DNA from: the human T2T-CHM13v2.0 reference genome, Homo sapiens | Strand: one strand, 5' to 3' | NCBI RefSeq assembly: GCF_009914755.1 | Contig: NC_060939.1 | Length of the DNA stretch: 64,000 nucleotides | In this document: piece after piece, positions 42,301 through 54,886 of the stretch | Numbering within the stretch: the stretch's first letter is position 1 | Layout: each line of letters opens with the position of its first letter | Position numbers and translations under genes: made by a program | The notes under the pieces: generated by a model | What the model was told of the DNA's origin: nothing | Databases searched by the model: none | Seen by the model: the letters and a program-made list of their open reading frames with translations, nothing else

Positions 42301-45300
42301 GTCACAAACAAGTTTCTGAGAATGCTTCTGTCTAGTTTTTATGGGAAGATATTTCCTTTTTCACCGTAGGCCTCAAAGCGCTCCAAATGTCCACTTCCAC
42401 ATACTACAAAAAGAGTGTTTCAAACCTGCTCTATGATAGGGAATGTTGAAACCTATGAGTTGAATGCAAGCATTACAAAGAGGTTTCTGAGAATGCTTCT
42501 GTCTAGATTTTATATGTAGATATTCCCGTTTCCAACGAAATCCTCAAAGCTATCCAAATATCAACTTGCAGATTCTGCAAAAGGAATGTTTCCAAAATGC
42601 TGTATCCAAACAAAGGTTCAACTCTGTGAATTGAGGGCATACATCACAAAGAAGATTCTGAGAATGCTTCTGTCTAGATTTTATATGAAAATATTCCCGT
42701 TTCCAACGAAATCCTCAAAGCTATCCAAATATCCACTTGCAAATGCCACAAAAAGAGTGTTTCCAAACTGCTCTGTGAAAAGGAAGGTTCAACTCTGTTA
42801 GTTGAGTACACACATCACAAAGAGGTTTCTGAGAATGCTGCTGACTAGTTTTTATGTGAAGATATTTCCCTTTTCACCTTAGGCCTAAGAGTGCTCGAAA
42901 TGTCCATTTCCACATACTCCACAAAGTGTGTTTCAAACGTGCTGTATGAAAGGGAATGTTCAACTCTATGAGTTGAATGCAAACATCACAAAGAAGATTC
43001 TGAGAATGCTTTTGTCTAGATTTTATATGAAGATATTCCCGTGTCCAACGAAATTTTCAAAGGTCTCCAAATATCCATTTGTAGATTCTACAAAAAGAGT
43101 GATTCCAAACTGCTGTATCAAAACAAAGGTTGAACTCTGTGAGTTGAGGACACACATCACAAATAAGTTTCTGAGAATGCTTCTGTCTAGTTTTTATTTG
43201 AAGATGTTTCCTTTTTCACCATAGGCCTGAAAGCGCTCGAAATGTCCACTTCCAGATAGTACAGAGTGTTTCAAACCTGCTCTATGAACGGGAATGTTCA
43301 GCTCTGTGAGTTGAATGCAAACATCACAAAGCAGGTTCTGAGAATGCTTCCGTCTAGATTTTAAATGAGGATATTCCCGTTTCCAACGAAATCCTCGAAG
43401 CTATCCAAATATCCACTTGCAGATTCCACAAAAAGAGTGTTTCAAAACTGCTGTGTCAAAAGATAGGTTCAACTCTGTTAGTTGAGTACACACATGGCAA
43501 ACAAGATTCCGAGAATGCTTTCGTCTAGTTTTTTTGGGAAGATATTTCCTTCTTCACCATAGGCCTCAAAGCGCTCCAAATATCCATTTCCACATGCTAT
43601 ACAAAGAGTGTCTCAAACCTGCTGTATGAATGGGAATGTTCAACTCTATGAGTTGAATGCAAACATCACAAAGAAGTTTCTGAGAATGCTGCTGTCTAGA
43701 TTTTATATGAAGGTTTTCCCGCTTCCAACGAAATTTTCAATGCTCTCAAAATATCCTCTTGTAGATTCTACAAAAAGAGTGTTTCCAAACTGCTGTATCA
43801 AAACAAAGGTTCATCTCTGTTAGTTGAGGACACACATCACAAATAAGTTTCTGAGAATGCTTCTGTCTAGTTCTTATTTGAAGACATTTCCTTTCTCACC
43901 TTAGGCCTGAAAACGCTCGAAATATCCACTTCCAGATACGACAGAAACTGTGATTCAAACCTGCTCTATGAAAGGGAATGTTCAACTAGGTGACTTGAAT
44001 GCAAACATCACAAAGCAGTTTCTGAGAATGCTGCTGTCTACTTTGTATTTGTAATCCCGTTTCCAACGAAATCCTCAGAACTATCGAAATTTCCAATTGC
44101 AGATTCCACAAAAAGCGTGTTTCAAAGCTGCTCTGTAGAAAGAAAGGTTCAACTCTGTTAGTTGAATACACACGTCACAAACAAGTTTCTGAGAATGCTT
44201 CTGTCTAGTTTTTATGGGAAGATATTTCCTTTTTCACCGTAGGCCTCAAAGCGCTCCAAATGTCCACTTCCACATACTACAAAAAGAGTGTTTCAAACCT
44301 GCTGTATGAAAGGGAATGTTCAACTCTATGAGTTGAATGCAAACATTACAAAGAAGTTTCTGAGAATGCTTCTGTCTAGATTTTATATGAAGGTTTTCCC
44401 GTTTCCAACGAAATTTTCAATGCTCTCAAAATATCCACTTGTGGATTCTATAAAAAGAGTGTTTCCAAACTGCTGTGTCAAAAGAAATGTTCAACTCTGT
44501 TAGTTGAGGACACACATCACAAATAAGTTTCTGAGAATGCTTCTGTCTAGTTCTTATTTGAAGACATTTCCTTTCTCACCTTAGGCCTGAAAACGCTCGA
44601 AATATCCACTTCCAGATACGACAGAAACAGTGATTCAAACCTGCTCTATGAAAGGGAATGTTCAACTAGGTGACTTGAATGCAAACATCACAAAGCAGTT
44701 TCTGAGAATGCTGCTGTCTACTTTCTATTTGTAATCCCGTTTCCAACGAAATCCTCAGAACTATCGAAATTTCCAATTGCAGATTCCACAAAAAGCGTGT
44801 TTCAAAGCTGCTCTGTAAAAAGAAAGGTTCAACTCTGTTAGTTGAATACACACGTCACAAACAAGTTTCTGAGAATGCTTCTGTCTAGTTTTTATGGGAA
44901 GATATTTCCTTTTTCACCGTAGGCCTCAAAGCGCTCCAAATGTCCACTTCCACATACTACAAAAAGAGTGTTTCAAACCTGCTCTATGATAGGGAATGTT
45001 GAAACCTATGAGTTGAATGCAAGCATTACAAAGAGGTTTCTGAGAATGCTTCTGTCTAGATTTTATATGTAGATATTCCCGTTTCCAACGAAATCCTCAA
45101 AGCTATCCAAATATCAACTTGCAGATTCTACAAAAGGAATGTTTCCAAAATGCTGTATCCAAACAAAGGTTCAACTCTGTGAATTGAGGGCATACATCAC
45201 AAAGAAGATTCTGAGAATGCTTCTGTCTAGATTTTATATGAAAATATTCCCGTTTCCAACGAAATCCTCAAAGCTATCCAAATATCCACTTGCAAATGCC

Positions 45301-48300
45301 ACAAAAAGAGTGTTTCCAAACTGCTCTGTGAAAAGGAAGGTTCAACTCTGTTAGTTGAGTACACACATCACAAAGAGGTTTCTGAGAATGCTGCTGACTA
45401 GTTTTTATTTGAAGATATTTCCCTTTTCACCTTAGGCCTAAGAGTGCTCGAAATGTCCATTTCCACATACTCCACAAAGTGTGTTTCAAACGTGCTGTAT
45501 GAAAGGGAATGTTCAACTCTATGAGTTGAATGCAAACATCACAAAGAAGACTCTGAGAATGCTTTTGTCTAGATTTTATATGAAGATATTCCCGTGTCCA
45601 ACGAAATTTTCAAAGGTCTCCAAATATCCATTTGTAGATTCTACAAAAAGAGTGTTTCCAAACTGCTGTATCAAAACAAAGGTTGAACTCTGTGAGTTGA
45701 GGACACACATCACAAATAAGTTTCTGAGAATGCTTCTGTCTAGTTTTTATTTGAAGATGTTTCCTTTTTCACCATAGGCCTGAAAGCGCTCGAAATGTCC
45801 ACTTCCAGATAGTACAGAAAGAGTGTTTCAAACCTGCTCTATGAACGGGAATGTTCAGCTCTGTGAGTTGAATGCAAACATCACAAAGCAGGTTCCGAGA
45901 ATGCTTCCGTCTAGATTTTAAATGAGGATATTCCCGTTTCCAACGAAATCCTCGAAGCTATCCAAATATCCACTTGCAGATTCCACAAAAAGAGTGTTTC
46001 AAAACTGCTCTGTCAAAAGATAGGTTCAACTCTGTTAGTTGAGTACACACATGGCAAACAAGATTCCGAGAATGCTTTCGTCTAGTTTTTTTGGGAAGAT
46101 ATTTCCTTCTTCACCATAGGCCTCAAAGCGCTCCAAATATCCATTTCCACATGCTATACAAAGAGTGTCTCAAACCTGCTGTATGAATGGGAATGTTCAA
46201 CTCTATGAGTTGAATGCAAACATCACAAAGAAGTTTCTGAGAATGCTGCTGTCTAGATTTTATATGAAGGTTTTCCCGCTTCCAACGAAATTTTCAATGC
46301 TCTCAAAATATCCTCTTGTAGATTCTACAAAAAGAGTGTTTCCAAACTGCTGTATCAAAACAAAGGTTCATCTCTGTTAGTTGAGGACACACATCACAAA
46401 TAAGTTTCTGAGAATGCTTCTGTCTAGTTCTTATTTGAAGACATTTCCTTTCTCACCTTAGGCCTGAAAGCGCTCGAAATACCCACTTCCAGATACTACA
46501 GAAACAGTGATTCAAACCTGCTCTATGAAAGGGAATGTTCAACTATGTGACTTGAATGCAAACATCACAAAGCAGTTTCTGAGAATGCTGCTGTCTACTT
46601 TCTATTTGTAATCCCGTTTCCAACGAAATCCTCAGAACTATCGAAATTTCCAATTGCAGATTCCACAGAAACAGGGTTTCAAAGCTGCTCTGTAAAAAGA
46701 AAGGTTCAACTCTGTTAGTTGAATACACACGTCACAAACAAGTTTCTGAGAATGCTTCTGTCTAGTTTTTATGGGAAGATATTTCCTTTTTCACCGTAGG
46801 CCTCAAAGCGCTCCAAATGTCCACTTCCACATACTACAAAAAGAGTGTTTCAAACCTGCTGTATGAAAGGGAATGTTCAACTCTATGAGTTGAATGCAAA
46901 CATTACAAAGAAGTTTCTGAGAATGCTTCTGTCTAGATTTTATATGAAGGTTTTCCCGTTTCCAACGAAATTTTCAATGCTCTCAAAATATCCACTTGTG
47001 GATTCTACAAAAAGAGTGTTTCCAAACTGCTGTGTCAAAAGAAAGGTTCAACTCTGTTAGTTGAGGACACACATCACAAATAAGTTTCTGAGAATGCTTC
47101 TGTCTAGTTCTTATTTGAAGACATTTCCTTTCTCACCTTAGGCCTGAAAACGCTCGAAATATCCACTTCCAGATACGACAGAAACAGTGATTCAAACCTG
47201 TTCTATGAAAGGGAATGTTCAACTAGGTGACTTGAATGCAAACATCACAAAGCAGTTTCTGAGAATGCTGCTGTCTACTTTCTATTTGTAATCCCGTTTC
47301 CAACGAAATCCTCAGAACTATCGAAATTTCCAATTGCAGATTCCACAAAAAGCGTGTTTCAAAGCTGCTCTGTAAAAAGAAAGGTTCAACTCTGTTAGTT
47401 GAATACACACGTCACAAACAAGTTTCTGAGAATGCTTCTGTCTAGTTTTTATGGGAAGATATTTCCTTTTTCACCGTAGGCCTCAAAGCGCTCCAAATGT
47501 CCACTTCCACATACTACAAAAAGAGTGTTTCAAACCTGCTCTATGATAGGGAATGTTGAAACCTATGAGTTGAATGCAAGCATTACAAAGAGGTTTCTGA
47601 GAATGCTTCTGTCTAGATTTTATATGTAGATATTCCCGTTTCCAACGAAATCCTCAAAGCTATCCAAATATCAACTTGCAGATTCTACAAAAGGAATGTT
47701 TCCAAAATGCTGTATCCAAACAAAGGTTCAACTCTGTGAATTGAGGGCATACATCACAAAGAAGATTCTGAGAATGCTTCTGTCTAGATTTTATATGAAA
47801 ATATTCCCGTTTCCAACGAAATCCTCAAAGCTATCCAAATATCCACTTGCAAATGCCACAAAAAGAGTGTTTCCAAACTGCTCTGTGAAAAGGAAGGTTC
47901 AACTCTGTTAGTTGAGTACACACATCACAAAGAGGTTTCTGAGAATGCTGCTGACTAGTTTTTATTTGAAGATATTTCCCTTTTCACCTTAGGCCTAAGA
48001 GTGCTCGAAATGTCCATTTCCACATACTCCACAAAGTGTGTTTCAAACGTGCTGTATGAAAGGGAATGTTCAACTCTATGAGTTGAATGCAAACATCACA
48101 AAGAAGACTCTGAGAATGCTTTTGTCTAGATTTTATATGAAGATATTCCCGTGTCCAACGAAATTTTCAAAGGTCTCCAAATACCCATTTGTAGATTCTA
48201 CAAAAAGAGTGTTTCCAAACTGCTGTATCAAAACAAAGGTTGAACTCTGTGAGTTGAGGACACACATCACAAATAAGTTTCTGAGAATGCTTCTGTCTAG

Positions 48301-51300
48301 TTTTTATTTGAAGATGTTTCCTTTTTCACCATAGGCCTGAAAGCGCTCGAAATGTCCACTTCCAGATAGTACAGAAAGAGTGTTTCAAACCTGCTCTATG
48401 AACGGGAATGTTCAGCTCTGTGAGTTGAATGCAAACATCACAAAGCAGGTTCCGAGAATGCTTCCGTCTAGATTTTAAATGAGGATATTCCCGTTTCCAA
48501 CGAAATCCTCGAAGCTATCCAAATATCCACTTGCAGATTCCACAAAAAGAGTGTTTCAAAACTGCTCTGTCAAAAGATAGGTTCAACTCTGTTAGTTGAG
48601 TACACACATGGCAAACAAGATTCCGAGAATGCTTTCGTCTAGTTTTTTTGGGAAGATATTTCCTTCTTCACCATAGGCCTCAAAGCGCTCCAAATATCCA
48701 TTTCCACATGCTATACAAAGAGTGTCTCAAACCTGCTGTATGAATGGGAATGTTCAACTCTATGAGTTGAATGCAAACATCACAAAGAAGTTTCTGAGAA
48801 TGCTGCTGTCTAGATTTTATATGAAGGTTTTCCCGCTTCCAACGAAATTTTCAATGCTCTCAAAATATCCTCTTGTAGATTCTACAAAAAGAGTGTTTCC
48901 AAACTGCTGTATCAAAACAAAGGTTCATCTCTGTTAGTTGAGGACACACATCACAAATAAGTTTCTGAGAATGCTTCTGTCTAGTTCTTATTTGAAGACA
49001 TTTCCTTTCTCACCTTAGGCCTGAAAGCGCTCGAAATACCCACTTCCAGATACTACAGAAACAGTGATTCAAACCTGCTCTATGAAAGGGAATGTTCAAC
49101 TATGTGACTTGAATGCAAACATCACAAAGCAGTTTCTGAGAATGCTGCTGTCTACTTTCTATTTGTAATCCCGTTTCCAACGAAATCCTCAGAACTATCG
49201 AAATTTCCAATTGCAGATTCCACAGAAACAGGGTTTCAAAGCTGCTCTGTAAAAAGAAAGGTTCAACTCTGTTAGTTGAATACACACGTCACAAACAAGT
49301 TTCTGAGAATGCTTCTGTCTAGTTTTTATGGGAAGATATTTCCTTTTTCACCGTAGGCCTCAAAGCGCTCCAAATGTCCACTTCCACATACTACAAAAAG
49401 AGTGTTTCAAACCTGCTGTATGAAAGGGAATGTTCAACTCTATGAGTTGAATGCAAACATTACAAAGAAGTTTCTGAGAATGCTTCTGTCTAGATTTTAT
49501 ATGAAGGTTTTCCCGTTTCCAACGAAATTTTCAATGCTCTCAAAATATCCACTTGTAGATTCTACAAAAAGAGTGTTTCCAAACTGCTGTGTCAAAAGAA
49601 AGGTTCAACTCTGTTAGTTGAGGACACACATCACAAATAAGTTTCTGAGAATGCTTCTGTCTAGTTCTTATTTGAAGACATTTCCTTTCTCACCTTAGGC
49701 CTGAAAACGCTCGAAATATCCACTTCCAGATACGACAGAAACAGTGATTCAAACCTGCTCTATGAAAGGGAATGTTCAACTAGGTGACTTGAATGCAAAC
49801 ATCACAAAGCAGTTTCTGAGAATGCTGCTGTCTACTTTCTATTTGTAATCCCGTTTCCAAAGAAATCCTCAGAACTATCGAAATTTCCAATTGCAGATTC
49901 CACAGAAACAGGGTTTCAAAGCTGCTCTGTAAAAAGAAAGGTTCAACTCTGTTAGTTGAATACACACGTCACAAACAAGTTTCTGAGAATGCTTCTGTCT
50001 AGTTTTTATGGGAAGATATTTCCTTTTTCACCGTAGGCCTCAAAGCGCTCCAAATGTCCACTTCCACATACTACAAAAAGAGTGTTTCAAACCTGCTCTA
50101 TGATAGGGAATGTTGAAACCTATGAGTTGAATGCAAGCATTACAAAGAGGTTTCTGAGAATGCTTCTGTCTAGATTTTATATGTAGATATTCCCGTTTCC
50201 AACGAAATCCTCAAAGCTATCCAAATATCAACTTGCAGATTCTACAAAAGGAATGTTTCCAAAATGCTGTATCCAAACAAAGGTTCAACTCTGTGAATTG
50301 AGGGCATACATCACAAAGAAGATTCTGAGAATGCTTCTGTCTAGATTTTATATGAAAATATTCCCGTTTCCAACGAAATCCTCAAAGCTATCCAAATATC
50401 CACTTGCAAATGCCACAAAAAGAGTGTTTCCAAACTGCTCTGTGAAAAGGAAGGTTCAACTCTGTTAGTTGAGTACACACATCACAAAGAGGTTTCTGAG
50501 AATGCTGCTGACTAGTTTTTATTTGAAGATATTTCCCTTTTCACCTTAGGCCTAAGAGTGCTCGAAATGTCCATTTCCACATACTCCACAAAGTGTGTTT
50601 CAAACGTGCTGTATGAAAGGGAATGTTCAACTCTATGAGTTGAATGCAAACATCACAAAGAAGACTCTGAGAATGCTTTTGTCTAGATTTTATATGAAGA
50701 TATTCCCGTGTCCAACGAAATTTTCAAAGGTCTCCAAATACCCATTTGTAGATTCTACAAAAAGAGTGTTTCCAAACTGCTGTATCAAAACAAAGGTTGA
50801 ACTCTGTGAGTTGAGGACACACATCACAAATAAGTTTCTGAGAATGCTTCTGTCTAGTTTTTATTTGAAGATGTTTCCTTTTTCACCATAGGCCTGAAAG
50901 CGCTCGAAATGTCCACTTCCAGATAGTACAGAAAGAGTGTTTCAAACCTGCTCTATGAACGGGAATGTTCAGCTCTGTGAGTTGAATGCAAACATCACAA
51001 AGCAGGTTCTGAGAATGCTTCCGTCTAGATTTTAAATGAGGATATTCCCGTTTCCAACGAAATCCTCGAAGCTATCCAAATATCCACTTGCAGATTCCAC
51101 AAAAAGAGTGTTTCAAAACTGCTCTGTCAAAAGATAGGTTCAACTCTGTTAGTTGAGTACACACATGGCAAACAAGATTCCGAGAATGCTTTCGTCTAGT
51201 TTTTTTGGGAAGATATTTCCTTCTTCACCATAGGCCTCAAAGCGCTCCAAATATCCATTTCCACATGCTATACAAAGAGTGTCTCAAACCTGCTGTATGA

Positions 51301-54300
51301 ATGGGAATGTTCAACTCTATGAGTTGAATGCAAACATCACAAAGAAGTTTCTGAGAATGCTGCTGTCTAGATTTTATATGAAGGTTTTCCCGCTTCCAAC
51401 GAAATTTTCAATGCTCTCAAAATATCCTCTTGTAGATTCTACAAAAAGAGTGTTTCCAAACTGCTGTATCAAAACAAAGGTTCATCTCTGTTAGTTGAGG
51501 ACACACATCACAAATAAGTTTTTGAGAATGCTTCTGTCTAGTTCTTATTTGAAGACATTTCCTTTCTCACCTTAGGCCTGAAAGCGCTCGAAATACCCAC
51601 TTCCAGATACTACAGAAACAGTGATTCAAACCTGCTCTATGAAAGGGAATGTTCAACTATGTGACTTGAATGCAAACATCACAAAGCAGTTTCTGAGAAT
51701 GCTGCTGTCTACTTTCTATTTGTAATCCCGTTTCCAACGAAATCCTCAGAACTATCGAAATTTCCAATTGCAGATTCCACAGAAACAGGGTTTCAAAGCT
51801 GCTCTGTAAAAAGAAAGGTTCAACTCTGTTAGTTGAATACACACGTCACAAACAAGTTTCTGAGAATGCTTCTGTCTAGTTTTTATGGGAAGATATTTCC
51901 TTTTTCACCGTAGGCCTCAAAGCGCTCCAAATGTCCACTTCCACATACTACAAAAAGAGTGTTTCAAACCTGCTGTATGAAAGGGAATGTTCAACTCTAT
52001 GAGTTGAATGCAAACATTACAAAGAAGTTTCTGAGAATGCTTCTGTCTAGATTTTATATGAAGGTTTTCCCGTTTCCAACGAAATTTTCAATGCTCTCAA
52101 AATATCCACTTGTAGATTCTACAAAAAGAGTGTTTCCAAACTGCTGTGTCAAAAGAAAGGTTCAACTCTGTTAGTTGAGGACACACATCACAAATAAGTT
52201 TCTGAGAATGCTTCTGTCTAGTTCTTATTTGAAGACATTTCCTTTCTCACCTTAGGCCTGAAAACGCTCGAAATATCCACTTCCAGATACGACAGAAACA
52301 GTGATTCAAACCTGCTCTATGAAAGGGAATGTTCAACTAGGTGACTTGAATGCAAACATCACAAAGCAGTTTCTGAGAATGCTGCTGTCTACTTTCTATT
52401 TGTAATCCCGTTTCCAACGAAATCCTCAGAACTATCGAAATTTCCAATTGCAGATTCCACAGAAACAGGGTTTCAAAGCTGCTCTGTAAAAAGAAAGGTT
52501 CAACTCTGTTAGTTGAATACACACGTCACAAACAAGTTTCTGAGAATGCTTCTGTCTAGTTTTTATGGGAAGATATTTCCTTTTTCACCGTAGGCCTCAA
52601 AGCGCTCCAAATGTCCACTTCCACATACTACAAAAAGAGTGTTTCAAACCTGCTCTATGATAGGGAATGTTGAAACCTATGAGTTGAATGCAAGCATTAC
52701 AAAGAGGTTTCTGAGAATGCTTCTGTCTAGATTTTATATGTAGATATTCCCGTTTCCAACGAAATCCTCAAAGCTATCCAAATATCAACTTGCAGATTCT
52801 ACAAAAGGAATGTTTCCAAAATGCTGTATCCAAACAAAGGTTCAACTCTGTGAATTGAGGGCATACATCACAAAGAAGATTCTGAGAATGCTTCTGTCTA
52901 GATTTTATATGAAAATATTCCCGTTTCCAACGAAATCCTCAAAGCTATCCAAATATCCACTTGCAAATGCCACAAAAAGAGTGTTTCCAAACTGCTCTGT
53001 GAAAAGGAAGGTTCAACTCTGTTAGTTGAGTACACACATCACAAAGAGGTTTCTGAGAATGCTGCTGACTAGTTTTTATTTGAAGATATTTCCCTTTTCA
53101 CCTTAGGCCTAAGAGTGCTCGAAATGTCCATTTCCACATACTCCACAAAGTGTGTTTCAAACGTGCTGTATGAAAGGGAATGTTCAACTCTATGAGTTGA
53201 ATGCAAACATCACAAAGAAGACTCTGAGAATGCTTTTGTCTAGATTTTATATGAAGATATTCCCGTGTCCAACGAAATTTTCAAAGGTCTCCAAATACCC
53301 ATTTGTAGATTCTACAAAAAGAGTGTTTCCAAACTGCTGTATCAAAACAAAGGTTGAACTCTGTGAGTTGAGGACACACATCACAAATAAGTTTCTGAGA
53401 ATGCTTCTGTCTAGTTTTTATTTGAAGATGTTTCCTTTTTCACCATAGGCCTGAAAGCGCTCGAAATGTCCACTTCCAGATAGTACAGAAAGAGTGTTTC
53501 AAACCTGCTCTATGAACGGGAATGTTCAGCTCTGTGAGTTGAATGCAAACATCACAAAGCAGGTTCCGAGAATGCTTCCGTCTAGATTTTAAATGAGGAT
53601 ATTCCCGTTTCCAACGAAATCCTCGAAGCTATCCAAATATCCACTTGCAGATTCCACAAAAAGAGTGTTTCAAAACTGCTCTGTCAAAAGATAGGTTCAA
53701 CTCTGTTAGTTGAGTACACACATGGCAAACAAGATTCCGAGAATGCTTTCGTCTAGTTTTTTTGGGAAGATATTTCCTTCTTCACCATAGGCCTCAAAGC
53801 GCTCCAAATATCCATTTCCACATGCTATACAAAGAGTGTCTCAAACCTGCTGTATGAATGGGAATGTTCAACTCTATGAGTTGAATGCAAACATCACAAA
53901 GAAGTTTCTGAGAATGCTGCTGTCTAGATTTTATATGAAGGTTTTCCCGCTTCCAACGAAATTTTCAATGCTCTCAAAATATCCTCTTGTAGATTCTACA
54001 AAAAGAGTGTTTCCAAACTGCTGTATCAAAACAAAGGTTCATCTCTGTTAGTTGAGGACACACATCACAAATAAGTTTCTGAGAATGCTTCTGTCTAGTT
54101 CTTATTTGAAGACATTTCCTTTCTCACCTTAGGCCTGAAAGCGCTCGAAATACCCACTTCCAGATACTACAGAAACAGTGATTCAAACCTGCTCTATGAA
54201 AGGGAATGTTCAACTATGTGACTTGAATGCAAACATCACAAAGCAGTTTCTGAGAATGCTGCTGTCTACTTTCTATTTGTAATCCCGTTTCCAACGAAAT

Positions 54301-54886
54301 CCTCAGAACTATCGAAATTTCCAATTGCAGATTCCACAGAAACAGGGTTTCAAAGCTGCTCTGTAAAAAGAAAGGTTCAACTCTGTTAGTTGAATACACA
54401 CGTCACAAACAAGTTTCTGAGAATGCTTCTGTCTAGTTTTTATGGGAAGATATTTCCTTTTTCACCGTAGGCCTCAAAGCGCTCCAAATGTCCACTTCCA
54501 CATACTACAAAAAGAGTGTTTCAAACCTGCTGTATGAAAGGGAATGTTCAACTCTATGAGTTGAATGCAAACATTACAAAGAAGTTTCTGAGAATGCTTC
54601 TGTCTAGATTTTATATGAAGGTTTTCCCGTTTCCAACGAAATTTTCAATGCTCTCAAAATATCCACTTGTAGATTCTACAAAAAGAGTGTTTCCAAACTG
54701 CTGTGTCAAAAGAAAGGTTCAACTCTGTTAGTTGAAGACACACATCACAAATAAGTTTCTGAGAATGCTTCTGTCTAGTTCTTATTTGAAGACATTTCCT
54801 TTCTCACCTTAGGCCTGAAAACGCTCGAAATATCCACTTCCAGATACGACAGAAACAGTGATTCAAACCTGCTCTATGAAAGGGAA
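6312..54886 (-). repeat. Run of 19 consecutive 15-mer HOR units (2557 bp; two are 2553 bp)
   Basis: Landmark spacing is a constant 2557, except 11906->14459 and 42586->45139, which are 2553 owing to a 4-bp deletion. Confidence 0.95.
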
